Shown here: positions 1 through 13,495 of the stretch, piece by piece
Layout of the letters: each line of letters opens with the position of its first letter
How positions within the stretch are numbered: the first letter of the stretch is position 1
NCBI GenBank assembly: GCA_951406725.2
Contig: OX597834.1
Location: 8,618,001 to 8,682,000 of the forward strand
Length of the DNA: 64,000 bases
Origin: Octopus vulgaris
Lineage: Eukaryota
Direction of reading: 5' to 3'
The notes under the pieces: generated by a model
Seen by the model: the letters and a program-made list of their open reading frames with translations, nothing else
Databases searched by the model: none
What the model was told of the DNA's origin: nothing
Translations under genes and position numbers: made by a program

Positions 1-66
1 GTACTGAGTTTAACACAAAGCATATTATAACAATACTCATTAACTATTAATACTACTTTAGCTTCA

Positions 67-372
67 TTTTTGGATTCGGTTTGCAAGAGTCTTGTGTGTT
101 GAAGCATATTCTATTGCCTGGGGAGAGTCATTTTCTTTTTGTGCCTTATGATGTAACACACGCACCGGTAAAATTTCCAATTATTTTTTACTTTTATTTT
201 CTAAAAATTTTCTTTGCGTCGTGCAAACTTTTCAATAGTCTTGAAAAGGTTGCAAAACGCAACAAAAAATTTAAGAAAATAAAAGTAAAAAATAAGGGGA
301 AATTTTACCGGTGAGTGTGTTACATCATAAGGCACAAAAAGAAAATGACTCTCCCCAGACACAACAGAATAT
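67..372. mobile_element. Foldback/MITE-like palindromic element, partial copy of the family at 14331-14754
   Basis: Arms ~106-233 and ~241-372 are imperfect reverse complements (GGGGAGAGTCATTTTCTTTTTGTGCCTTATGATGTAACACAC / GTGTGTTACATCATAAGGCACAAAAAGAAAATGACTCTCCCC); clearly homologous to 14331-14754. Confidence 0.8.
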
Positions 373-809
373 TTTAGGTGTTTAAAGCAATTGTGGAAGA
401 CAGTTACAAACATATTTTAGTGGAACTAAGACCGAAAAATTGGTATTAGTATAAAGTATTTTAAACTCGTTTTCGTGGAAAAAGTGTTGGGATAAATGAT
501 CATTTTTATAATGTGAGTGTTATCAGCTCACCTGTTCTCACCTGTTCTTTAATTATACTATGAGTGTAATCACACTGCTATGGCTATGTACTTTGTTCTC
601 GTTGTTCACTAGTAGATTAGTCACGGTCATTTCTGGTGAGAAGCATCCGAAACATATCCACTCTCTCATGTTAAGGCTTCATTGAACACACTTGAAAGGT
701 AATACAATTAGAACTTTGGCATTGCTTGTAGTGGTAGAGCACCTATTCTTTGTTTCTGACTAAAAGTAGACTTTTATTTCATTCTGGTTTCCCTTTATTC
801 ATATTTGAA

Positions 810-1403
810 ATGGATAACCAAAAATTTCACATTAGCATTGTAATGCTTTTCGTATTTTAAAAATGGAGAAAATGCTGCAAGGATTTCCGAAATGTAATGC
901 TTTTTTTTGTGTGTGATGATGCTGTATGGGAAACAACTTTTCGAAGGTGGTTTGCAGAATTTTAAACTTGACTGTTTAGCTTGGAAGATGACAGCTGCAG
1001 TGGAAGACCTCCAAAATTGGATGATGTCTTGAAGGCAAAAATCGAAGAAAACTCAAATATCACGACTAGAGAACGTGTAGGGTAGTTGGAAGCTTTTAAA
1101 AGTACGGCTCATAAATACCTAATGAAGCTAGGATAGATTCCTCACTATAATGTACAGGTCCTTCACAATGACTCAGAAAAGCATTGCTTGGACCGGTATT
1201 CTGTTTGCGATATGCTTTTGAAACTGTATGAAATCATACCCTTTTTTTAAAACAACTTGTGACTGAAGATGAAAAATGGATTGTGTACGAAATCGTAGTG
1301 TGTAAAAGATCCGGGATTCTCACAAAATAGCAACCAAAGACGAATACCCATGCCAAAAATGTTGTGCTTTGTGTTTGGCGGGATCAAAAAGGCATTATTT
1401 ATT
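810..1403 (+). pseudogene. Decayed mariner transposase, N-terminal two-thirds
   Basis: Manual translation from ATG 810 across stops and frameshifts: MDNQKFH...TTFRRWFAEF..FSLEDDSCSGRP...NITTRE...VQVLHN (WVPH position)...QLVTEDEKWIVY (first catalytic D)...KNVVLCVWRDQKGIIY. Confidence 0.85.
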
Positions 1404-1828
1404 AAGCCTTAATACTTGTCGTCGTCGATTATTTCCTCTGTATGTCCAACCTGTCGTTGGTCGTTCGTTGGAAGCTCTAACTCTCCAGAATTTTTTCTAT
1501 TTTCAAAATTTCTGGCTGCTGCTATTTTATGAAGGTTTCCTATTTGGCTGTCGAAATCTGGAAATAGGGAGAAATTAAGTCGACAACTGAGGAGAGGTTA
1601 GACTTCTTTTGGCATGTTGTCCCGTACTTGTCGCGCGTTATGTGCTTAAGTATTTTTTCACTCGTCGATGATGACCTGTACTCGATGTATTATATATGAG
1701 TGTGTGTGTGTATCAGTGCGCATATGTAAATAAACATATAATTACACACACATATATATGAATGTGTGTATCAGTCCCTATATATAAATAAATATATAAT
1801 TACACGTATACATATATGTGTATAGAAA

Positions 1829-2213
1829 TGGAAGTACTCCGTCGGTTACGACGATGAGGGTTCCGGTTGATCCGAATCAACGGAACAGCCTGCTCATGAA
1901 ATTAACGTGTAAGTGGCTGAGCACTCCACAGAGACGTGCACCCTTAACGTAGTTCTCGGCGATATTCAGCGTGACACAGAGAGTGACAAGGCCGGCCCTT
2001 TGAAATACAGGTACAACATAAACAGGAAGTAAGAGTGAGAGAAAGTTGTGGTGAAAGAGTACAGCAGGGATCACCACCATCCACTGCCGGAGCCTCATGG
2101 AGCTTTAGGTGTTTTCGCTCAATAAACACTCACAACGCCTGGTCTGGGAATCGAAACCGCGATCCTATGACCGCGAGTCCGCTGCCCTAACCACTGGGCC
2201 ATTGCGCCTCCAC
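1829..2213 (-). mobile_element. tRNA-derived SINE family C, long tail (resembles octopus OR1-type SINE)
   Basis: Minus-strand head GGAGGCGCAATGGCCCAGTGGTTAGGGCAGCGGAC...GGTTTCGATTCCC with Pol III A/B boxes; closely matches the copy at 52815-53206. Family name is from recollection. Confidence 0.9.
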
Positions 2214-2550
2214 GTGTATATAAAATAGTTTAAGGAAAACAGAGAAACATATAAAATGTTCACACGCGTGATCTTTCTGCAGTCATTTAAAGTTCTTGCC
2301 TTTTAGTGTATGTGAGGTTCCAGCTATTTCATGATGGGCATCCTGTACTTTAAAGTGCCATATGAAATAATAAACAAACAAAAGGCTTCTTAATTTCACT
2401 CTAATGGAAAAAAAGACTGGGCATTTTTAATTTCACTCGTATTAGAATTTTGTTCCTTTATTCATCTGCATCGTTGAGACTGTTGTAAGACTTATATATG
2501 TGTGTGTGTGTGTGTGTGCGTATGTGTGTGTGTGTGCATATATATTTATA

Positions 2551-2859
2551 TCAACGTGATCCCCGTGACCGACCAGCCTATCAGATGTTGCTACACATCG
2601 CTGGTCGCAATGCGCTTCGCATTGCTTTAGCCTTCAAGTGACGCCACCCCGCTGGCTAAGCGAGCAGGCCAACAGAAGAAAGAGAGAAAGTTGTGGCGAA
2701 AGAGTACAGCAGGGATCGCCACCACCCCCTGCCGGAGCCTCGTGGAGCTTTTAGGTGTTTTCGCTCAATAAACACTCACAACACCCGGTCTGGGAATCGA
2801 AACCGCGATCCTACAACTGCGAGCCCGCTGCCCTAACCACTGGGCCATTGCGCCTCCAC
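2551..2859 (-). mobile_element. tRNA-derived SINE family C, alternative short tail (OR2-type)
   Basis: Same ~180-bp head and central part as 1829-2213, but an unrelated 3' tail (2551-2680). Confidence 0.85.
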
Positions 2860-2888
2860 ACATATATATATATATATATATATATGTG

Positions 2889-2964
<76 letters not shown>

Positions 2965-2980
2965 CGTGTGTGTGTGTGTT
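2860..2980. repeat. (TA)n/(TG)n microsatellite
   Basis: Directly visible. Confidence 0.95.
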
Positions 2981-5024
2981 TGTGTCTATGATGAGTGCAT
3001 AAGAGTGTGTTGATTCTGCCATAATCGAAGTGTACGATTCCTCTCGACAAAACTGCTACTCGGTGAACGTCCCTGACTGCAATGCTACCCTTTCATTCCT
3101 TTGTGAATATAAGCAATCCCATATCTCACTTATTAATATAAGGACTCATATTCTTCTCTCCTACCTTAATCCCGAGAAGGGCATATTATTCGACCTCAAT
3201 TACACCGAAGCCAAACTAGCGTATAATTAACATCAGATGGAACTTAAATTATATCAGGCTTTAATTAACTTAAATTGAAACTGGCATCTTCTGGCAGAAC
3301 TGCAAAGATAGATATAAACCGTGTATTTATACAGTTCAGCGAGTAGATGTCATGGAAAATTTAATAGTTTAATGTCTGATCTCAATTAGCTTTCGTCTCC
3401 GATTACTTACATTCAGTCAATTATTTTTTATGGAAAATGTGTCAAACATTCGATATACTATAGACAACATCCCAAGCATCACACAACTTGAAGTCATGTA
3501 GAGTGGTTATAATGTGGTACAAAGCTACAATCTGAGGAGGACTTGAATTTTTCTGGAGCACGATGTGCTTCCTTAACTAGTTTCGAGAGCACTAAGATGC
3601 TGCTCATCTGCGTTAAGAAAATGGTAGCTTCCTAATAAAGTTTTAACGTCTCACTTTACGCCAAAAGCAAATAATTAACCATGAATTCTCATAATGAATA
3701 CGTAAGATATCTTTCGATTACTTATTCGTTGTATAAAAATGTGTCAGGGATGATAAAATCAGTGATTAATGTATTTGCGATACATCTATAAACAAAGAAA
3801 TTTTCCCCTCTTCGAATACTGGAATCTATAGTTCTAGCTCAGATGTCATCTGTACATCAATGGCGTAATTCGCAGAGCCTTATGACAGATTTGAGATGCA
3901 TGATACTTAGACACTTATTTACTTCGATGAGATTCGTCCAGAACAGACTTCGGTCATGATTAGCTAAATAGCACTCCATCGAATAAACATTTAATGATGT
4001 TTTTATAACAGTCATTAATTCGGCACGGGACCCCATTCGAGTAATGAATTGTCTGTGACAATCTGAATTATTTGGAGATGTTCATCCAGGAAGCACTTAA
4101 ATGTTATGAGACCTTTTTCTTTTGTGTGTCTTGGCATGGTGTCTTTCATGCAGGGATATCTACAACAAAGTAGGCGTTGTACATAGTATCCTATGAAAGA
4201 ATATTTTAATTCTGACACAAATCATACCCCCAAAAGCAGTACACCGAATTTATCACTGTATAGTTTTAAAAGATAGTATTTCTGATGGCATCTTCTATCA
4301 CAAGATCACATTCTATGTCCAATCCAACCTGCTACTATATTTCAATTGTAAGCAAAATCAACATTGACGTTGATAGAAAGGTAATTTAACAACTACTAAA
4401 CGCTTCTTTTCTCTTTCTGCCAGTTGACTTGATAACGTCTGTGTTAAAATTGTGTCTAAGCCGCTGTCATTCACACATTCAGTTAATTTGGTATTAGATA
4501 TTTATTTGTGGATCATTTATGCAGAACCAATGTTTTCAAAATGAAAATTATAAAGTTATGGCACCTATGACAAAATTAGGTGAACTTGAAATAATGTCAA
4601 AACGCAGTTTATGTTCGAAATTGTTTTTTTGTGGTACTACTAATGCTGCGTGGATTATCTTCCTGTTCATTTTATAATTTGTAAATTGCCTCCCTGATCT
4701 CATAATCCAAGAGACTTTCTAATCTGTTCCTAGTTTATAAATGAAAATTAAGAAATTTGGCATTTTAAGATCAATTAAAGTTGTGTAATCGATGAACAAA
4801 GAATAGAAAGCTTAACGCGGATTTTATGGTGTCAAGTAGCTATCGTCGCATTACGCAAGTGCATGCTGGTAAGGGTTATCGTTGAATTTATTAGTTAGTA
4901 GTCAACAAACTCGAAATGGTTAATAACGTCACCTATTGCGGTGCTATACAACACCTCAGTTAGAGGATAGGGGCTACAAAAGAATCAACTTGCAAAATAT
5001 TTAGTTATATTTTATTAAGTAAAA

Positions 5025-5185
5025 GACGGTGAACTAGTGGAATCATTAACAAGTGAGCAAAATACTTAGGGGCATTTCATCCGTATTTACTTCTCGGTTT
5101 CAATTTCCACTAAAGTCCGTTATTCGGGTTCCATGAAATAAGTACCCTCTCCCGTAAGATTTCTGACCTTGTGCCACAGTTCTAA
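5025..5185 (+). mobile_element. Old degenerate SINE family B copy with old-type tail
   Basis: Remnants of the head, GAAATAAGTACC and tail GACCTTGTGCCACAGTTCTAAA, similar to 48001-48216. Confidence 0.45.
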
Positions 5186-6406
5186 ATTTACATCATACTA
5201 AACAGAGTATAAAAAAAAACTTTCGATGTATTCCAATTATGAAGCATATACCATTTTATGTATATAAATTTGTATTGATTAAAACGAGCTGGTGCCATGT
5301 GCAACTGTTTAAAAGATAACATCATCTGCTGTAAAACCTGAAAATACCGCTATCTTACCATATTAAATATTCTTTGGTAATCTAAAGATATTGAACAACG
5401 TTGACGGCCAAAGCTTGAACTAAATCTATCTGTATTCTTTCCTAACTATTTAGTTATAAATAATTGTATCATAAGTGCCATAATCTTAGCTTCAAACAGA
5501 AATGCTCGTGTTTACAAATAACCAGTTTTCAACGCGTATTATCTATCCCACTTATTATTTCTGATGAGTTCTTCGATTTATGGAAAGAATCAAAGCTCAG
5601 ATTAAACACTAGCAGTAAGTTGCTGCAGCAATGAATCACTAAAATATAATAAAAAAACGCATAATCTATCAAGGCGAATGTAGACAAGCAATGGCGTTTA
5701 TCATCAAAACCTAATTCTGAACGTCCACCATCAGTTGTTCGCTTGAAGATCAATTATTTTCCTCTTGTGAAAAATCAATCCACCATATAAAAATGCCTCA
5801 TGTGGTAGATAACCTTGCCAAAATGATGGAACTGGTATCTGCAGTGTGTAAGTTCCAGATGGCGTTATAAATCTCACACATTTCTTCGATTCCTTTGTAT
5901 TCGCTATATTTTCATGAATGTCAATATTCAAAATTTAAAACGAAACTACTATCTACATAACAAAATGAGCACATCATATCTACGTGTTTTCGATCGTGTA
6001 TGCATCGACTTGAAGTGTTCGTCAGTCGTCAAATACTAAATGCGTGTTGATTGTAATCGATGAATGATTAGTTTTTCTTTTTTTCATTTGACTTCTTTTG
6101 TTCAGACATATCATCACATTCACTGATTACGTTATTCTCTATTTTCGTTTGAAATGCATGAGTTTTCTCGTCATAACGAATCTCCTTCAAATCTTTCTGG
6201 CGTGAGAAAATTGTTCTAAACAGTCTCTCCACCCGATCGCACACTACTGGAACGGAAATAAGCAGAACGAAATTTATATTCGCATCATCTCCAAAAGTAA
6301 AAAAGAATCATTGCATCAGTTGTATTATCTAAATAGCTAACTTGCCTTCTCATGGACGTCTGTTTTAAATGTTGACTCGCACACAAGAGCTCAACATCTC
6401 ACTCCA

Positions 6407-6825
6407 TTTACTCTTTTACTCTCTTTAACTCTTTTACTTGTTTCAGTCATTTGACTGCGGCCATGCTGGAGCACCGCCTTTAGTCGAGCAAATCGACCCC
6501 GAAACTTATTCTTTTGTAAGCCCAGTACTTATTCTATCGGTCTCTTTAGCCGAACCGCTAAGTGACTGGGACGTAAACACACCAGCATCTGTTGTCAGGC
6601 AATGCTAGGGGGACAAACACAGACACACAAACACACACATACATATATATATATACATATATACGACAGGCTTCTTTCAGTTTACATCTACCAAATCCAC
6701 TCACAAGGCATTGGTCGGCCCGGGGCTATAGCAGAAGACACTTGCTCAAGATGCCACGCAGTGGGACTGAACCCGGAACCATGTGGTTGGTTAGCAAGCT
6801 ACTTACCACACAGCCACTCCTGCGC
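6407..6825 (-). mobile_element. tRNA-derived SINE family A with internal (TA/CA)n microsatellite
   Basis: Head GCGCAGGAGTGGCTGTGTGGTAAG...GGGTTCAGTCCC; tail GACTGAAACAAGTAAAAGAG; at least 10 homologous copies in the window. Confidence 0.9.
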
Positions 6826-7879
6826 ATAAATTTATATTTTTTTAAAAAACAAATGAATACCTAAAACGGTTCGGTGTTTACCAACCTGGCTCTGATAAAT
6901 CAGAATGTTTCTCCAGGAAAGGTACTTCATTGATAAGAACTAATTGTTAGTTCGAAAATTAAAACCGCTCAAATAAGAACCTGAATAGAAAAACACGATA
7001 TATTCATGTCGTCGAGAAGATACTGACTATTGCAAATAGATCTGTTTCCCCCTCAGTGGAGATTCCAGTGAAATATGACGAGAATGGTCCGTTTGAAATT
7101 AGCAATAACTTCGATGATGGAATCAAATAACTCATCAAATCAGGGCCTGCGGGAATTTTGTCTACAAAATTAACAAAGTAATGAAGTGTAAAAGAAAGCC
7201 TTGAGGCATCATTCGACTTGCATTAATTGCTTATATTAAAGATACGTCTATATTTAAAAATGGATGTTACTGTTTATATTTTGGGATAATCTTAACGTTT
7301 AAGCTCTGACATTCGAGGCTGGAACAACATAGCTTTATGGATATAAACTGTAACATTATGCTCCATTTAGCTATAAGTATCTCGCAATAACAAATCTCTG
7401 AACGAAGTATAGACAGTAACTGCATGACAATGTGAAGTATATTTGCCATCTAAATATGGCTAACCACTGAGGGTTATAAGTATATCACTTTTAGTACCCT
7501 TATATATAGAAGGAACTTATGCTTGAAATCGAAATCTGTAATATAGTAAAACAATATTATGAAGAGCTATAAATTTGAGCCTTCAGAAACAAACATTCCT
7601 AAAACATGGAATTTTCGTGGGTTTCTAGGTTGCTAAATTTCCAAAATGGGCATGACACAGTGTTTATAAAACCACGTATCTTATGGGGATTCTGCCGTCA
7701 TTTCTTATGTATTATGATATAGCATCATTTACACTTGTTTGGTATGCGATTTGATCAGAGTTTTTAGGCAGAAAAAAAGACAAGAAAAAATTATTACAGC
7801 GTTGAAAACGTATATTAGATATTCGAAAACGCACACAGAACGTTAACTTCACTAATATATATATATATATATATATTCA

Positions 7880-8210
7880 TTTACTTGTTTCACTCATAAG
7901 ATGTCGGCCATGCTGGATTAAAACCTTGAGGAATTTTAGTCGAACTAATGGAACCCAGCACTCATTTTGAAGAGAGGTAACAGTTCTATTGGGCTTATTT
8001 GGGGAACGGATAACTTGCGGAGACGTATACAAACCTTCCCATTTTGTCAATCATACATACATATTTATATTCCATCTACCAAATCCACTTGCCAGGATTT
8101 CGTCGGCTCGAGGCTATAGTAGAAGACATCCGCCCAAGATGACACGCAGTGGGAGTGAAACCGGAGCCATGCAGTTGGGAAGGAAACGTCTTACCACACA
8201 ACCACGTTTG
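7880..8210 (-). mobile_element. Degenerate SINE family A
   Basis: Matches family A motifs (TCTACCAAATCCACT, CGAGGCTATAGTAGAAGACA, CTTACCACACA) with many substitutions. Confidence 0.75.
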
Positions 8211-8378
8211 CAGTAACTATTTTATTCTAAAATAAATATCCACAATATGGTATAAGACTACAACAGAATATATTAGACTTTACTTCATTTTCAATACATA
8301 AGTTGACCTTTTGTACAAATTCTTTGAAATACATCTTGGAGAAAAACAACATCACTGCGTAGAGACCTTTTGAAGACC

Positions 8379-8382
<4 letters not shown>

Positions 8383-8459
<77 letters not shown>

Positions 8460-8478
8460 CATATATATATATATATAT
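8383..8478. repeat. (TA)n microsatellite
   Basis: Directly visible. Confidence 0.95.
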
Positions 8479-8873
8479 AATGTATATTTTGTTGTCGTAT
8501 AACTATGAAATAAATTGATGGTAGGAGGAAAGTTTCTAAAATGAATAGAGAAATTCGATGGATTGTTTTCAGATGTGGTTTCAATTCCCATGGTTACCCT
8601 TCGACATTTTCTATTGAAAGAGTTTTGTAATCCAAAATTTACATGCTATTATTTAAAGCTTTATACTATTCGAGATTCATCGGTCTTCAACAAGAATTAA
8701 CAAATAATCTTTAAGATTAATTTCCCCCTGTATAACTCCATTATAAGGAACTGTCGACATCAATTATAAGGAACTATCAGATGTAAAATTGATGAGTTAT
8801 ACCAATGGTGTCTTCTCGAAATAAATCAACACGAACGTCATTAGATTTCGATTTATATACACTATATATGGTG

Positions 8874-9405
8874 AAGGCGGGTGGCGTAATGGTTAGGGTA
8901 TTCGTCTCATGATGTGAGTTTGTGAATTCATTCTCAGAGGTGAATTGTGCCCGTGAGGAAGACGCTATATAATATTTTTTTCTTACTACACGCAGCTGTC
9001 AAATGGAGTTCTACTAGTAATTCAAAGGTAATCGTCATACTCCGAATAATGCAGTGTTTCCTTCAGAACTACATTAAAGGTATGCGTGTATATTAGGGTG
9101 GCGAGCTGGAAGAAACGTTAGCACGCTGGGCGAAATGCGTAGCCGTATTTCGTCTGCCGCTGCGTTCTGAGTTCAAATTCCGCCGAAGTCGACTTTGCCT
9201 TACATTCTTTCGGGGTCGATAAATTAAGTACCAGTTAAGCACTGGTTTCGATATAATCGACTTAATCCGTTTGTCTGTCCTTGTTTGTCCTCTCTGTGTT
9301 TAGCCCCTTGTGGGTAGTAAAGAAATAGGTATTCGTGTCTATGGAGAACTCTTCGGTTGATCCTGTGAAGTGGATCACTCGTCATTGCTTTCGACGGAGA
9401 CCCCG
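8874..9405 (+). mobile_element. Old tRNA-SINE with a family C-like tail, interrupted by a family B insertion
   Basis: Head GGCGGGTGGCGTAATGGTTAGGGTATTCG; tail segments AGAACTACATTAAAGGTATGCGTGT | CGTGTCTATGGAG...CGGTTGATC...CGACGGAG match the family C tail on both sides of 9097-9328. Confidence 0.6.
9097..9328 (+). mobile_element. SINE family B (Meta-domain type), monomer
   Basis: Head GGTGGCGAGCTGG..., B box GAGTTCAAATTCC, central GTCGACTTTGCCTT...TTTCGGGGTCGATAAATTAAGTACC resembling the MetaSINE domain; TSD-like AGGTAT(G/T)CGTGT at 9078-9089 and 9327-9338. Confidence 0.9.
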
Positions 9406-10153
9406 ACCTATATAATTGAATCTTACATAGAATGTATATAAGTAATCTATTGTATATTGCTAGAAATTATTCCAGAATCACTGACGCCATGACAGTGAAG
9501 ATTAGCCTGATTGTAGATCATTGATAGAGAATTATTTTACGGTGATAAAGCTGTTAGCTGACGCCAGTACGCATCTAATAATATCCACAGTTTACCTAAA
9601 TTTGCTGGCTTTTTTCTTTTTGTTTTTTTACGAATTCAATAACACCGACAAACTGAAATCTGGCAGGTACAATGAAATGATGCAGGAATGATGAAATGCG
9701 GCAGTGAAAATGTTTTTTTTAGCTTTATTTAATGACACTATTAAATATTATTTCAATATTTCGATTTTAGATCTATTTAAACATTCCTTGTAAACGACTT
9801 TGAATTATGATTTGAAGCAATAGGGATAACATAAATCACCAAAGTAATTTCAAATAAATAAGCACATCTTTCACTGAAAGATCAAACAGATATTTCAGAA
9901 GATTTTAATTATATTAATTATTGTATTTAAAAAATACTGTAAAAAGTATTGAAATTTCACTACAGGTAACTTTCTTTTATGTGCAACATGATACCTTCAA
10001 TAAGAACGTCTATGATCTCAACGATGTAAGAACCAAAGAAATGCAAATAATATCATTGTTTTGCTTGTATTAATCAGTGCTGTGGTCATACTGGGGCATT
10101 TCTATTAGAGGCCTTACCGTTCATACCAATCCCTCTTTTCATTATTTATTACA

Positions 10154-10853
<700 letters not shown>

Positions 10854-11990
10854 CATATGCAGTTATTCTACTGGCGAGTATAAGCCACTTTAGTAGTATC
10901 TCACGCCGGAAGACTGAACTCGTAATTACATGGTTACGAAGTACATTTCTTAATAATACAGCCATGCGTTCACCTATATAATGAACTTAATTCCTTCGAC
11001 TATACCAAACCTTCCTACAAAACACGGTTAACTGTCTCGTCTAATAAGTCCTAGTCTCAATGACTGTCGTTATTGATTTTCTTTCGTATTGAATTCAAAT
11101 GTAAGAAAATAAGCCTGTGCTTCCATCCCTCCGGGATCAATAACATGAATGTATGTATGTTAAGATGAATTCAATCGGTTATGCACATTTGTTATATTTT
11201 TGTCAATGGAAACAAATAATATCCATTGATTAGATTGGCTGACAACAGGCCACACATGAGCATAGGGAACAAACCAATAAGGGAGCCCTCTACGCGTTCG
11301 ATTAATTTATTAGGAATCACAGTCAAATCTCACTCAAATTACATTCTCTCTTCTTGAAACCTAAGAAAGATGTGAGTAATTTAGATATCATATAAACTGT
11401 CGCAGAAATGAAAAGAATGAGAAAATCATGAATGGATGAAATGAGTACGCTTGCAGTTATGAATTTTATGCTTGTAATATTACATATTCTATATATGACA
11501 TACCTAAGAACATGGGTCTCTCATTAGCCGTCTTTTTTCACCTACTTGAAAAAAAGAAATTAGCCTTATTCCAGCCCCAATAGATATTGGTATGATTATT
11601 GTAATATATTTTATTGCGAATGTATTTCTCATTCTCTTTCTTGTTCCAATTAGTTTCGTCCGCATTTTTCCACTTCGATCTCATATTTCTCTTTGCCACA
11701 AACTAAACACTCCTAGCTGCTTGCCATTATCTTCCACATCACGCACTACATATTTTCTTTAAATCATCTCGTTCAACATTTAACTAATTTTCAGCAACAG
11801 TGACGACATTTGCGCTATTTGCTTATCTTTCAAACAAAAGAGTAATGCCAAATCGTAATATTCGTCTCTGTGCAACAATTGAATGTATTAAGACACAGCA
11901 ATGAAAGGCCAAGACGGATTCAAAGAAAATTTCTTTCAGGATTCTGTAAGATAAAGATATACCAATTAATTAGTCAGCGAATCTACATTT

Positions 11991-13310
11991 ACTTATTTCT
12001 TTACCGCCCACAAGAGTCCACACACACAGTGGACAAACAAGGACAGACAAACAGATTAAATCGATTATATCAACCCCAGTGCGTAACTGGTACTTATTCA
12101 ATCGACCCCAAAGAGATGAAAGGCAAAGTCAACCTCGGCGGAATTTGAACTCAGAAAGTAGCGGCAGATCAAATACCTATTTCTTTATTTCTTTACTACT
12201 CACAATAGGATAAACACAGAGAGGACAAACAAGGACAGACAAACGGATTAAGTCGATTATATCAACCCCAGTGCGTAACTGGTACTTATTTCATCGAGCC
12301 CGAAAGGGATGAAAGGCAAAGTCGACCTCGGCGGAAATTGAACTCAGAACGTAGCGGCAGACGAAATACCTATTTCTTTATTACCCACTAGGGGATAAAG
12401 ACAAAGAGGACAAACAAGACAGACACACGGATTAAGTCGATTATGCCGACCCCAGTGCGTAACTGGTACTTATTTCATCGACCCCGAAAGGGATGAAAGG
12501 CAAAGTCGACCTCGGCGGAATTTGAACTCAGAACGTAGCGGCAGATCAAATACCTATTTCTTTATTTCTTTACTACCCACAAGGGGCTAAACACAGAGAG
12601 GCCAAACAAGGACAGACACATGGATTAAGTCGATTATATTGACCCCAGTGCGTAACTGGTACTTATATAATCAACCCCGAAAGAGATGAAAGGCAAAGTC
12701 AACCTCGGCGGAATTTGAACTCAGAACGTAGCGACATACGAAATACCTATTTTTTTACTACCCACAAGAGAGATAAACACAGAGAGGACAATCAAGGACA
12801 GACAAACGGATTAAGTCGATTATATCAACCGCAGTGCGTAACTGGTACTTATTTAATCGACCCCGAAAGGGATGAAAGGCAAAGTCGACCTCGGTGGAAT
12901 TTGAACTCAGAACGTAGCGGCAGATCAAATACCTGTTTCTTAATCTCTTTACTATCCACAAGGGGCTAAATACAGAGAGGCCAAACAAGGACAGACACAT
13001 GGATTAAGTCGATTATATTGACCCCATTGCGTAACTGGTACTTATTTAATCGACCCCGAAAGGATGAAAGGCAAAGTCGACCTCGGTGGAATTTGAACTC
13101 AGAACGTAGCGGCAGATCAAATACCTGTTTCTTAATTTCTAAGTCGATTATATTGACCCCATTGCGTAACTGGTACTTATTTAATCGACCCCGAAAGGAT
13201 GAAAGGCAAAGTCGACCTCGGCAGAATTTGAACTCATAAAGCAGCGGCGGACGGAATGCCACAAAGCCTTTCGCGCGGCGTGCTAACGTTTCTGCCAGCT
13301 CACCGCCATA
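11991..13310 (-). mobile_element. SINE family B concatemer: one head + 7 tandem ~180-190-bp bodies
   Basis: Seven occurrences of CTGGTACTTAT (~12089, 12281, 12465, 12658, 12844, 13037, 13172); a single head at ~13260-13307; flanked by direct repeat AATCTACATTT (11980-11990, 13311-13321). Confidence 0.92.
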
Positions 13311-13495
13311 AATCTACATTTTCTGCATTTTCTGCGAATTTACATTTAATACAATGCAAGGCATCAGTCTGGTAGAAAATTTAGAGCGTCGAATAAAATT
13401 ACTTTGGATTATTCATTCTGCTTTTTGCTTGCAGTGTTCGTATCCCGGAGTACACAAAAAATGTTTTTCATAGTTATTCGCTCAATAATGCATTC

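Noticed and set aside
5690-5945. Possible very old mariner N-terminal fragment on the minus strand (...DLQ...GGRSELGFDDKR)
   Set aside because: Similarity is too weak to support without an HMM search.
6592-6864. Recurrent ORFs such as '[21 protein letters not shown]' and 'RGRLCLSSFRGRLNKYQLR'
   Set aside because: They recur because they are reading frames through SINE copies, not a gene family.
8340-8384. Possible Tc1-like TIR tip (minus strand CAGGGTCTTCAAAAGG) beside a TA tract
   Set aside because: No partner TIR or transposase sequence found.
11991-13310. CRISPR-like or retrozyme interpretation of the ~180-bp array
   Set aside because: There are no unique spacers and the context is eukaryotic. 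No CTGANGA/GAAA hammerhead core is visible on either strand of the unit; the units are SINE bodies.
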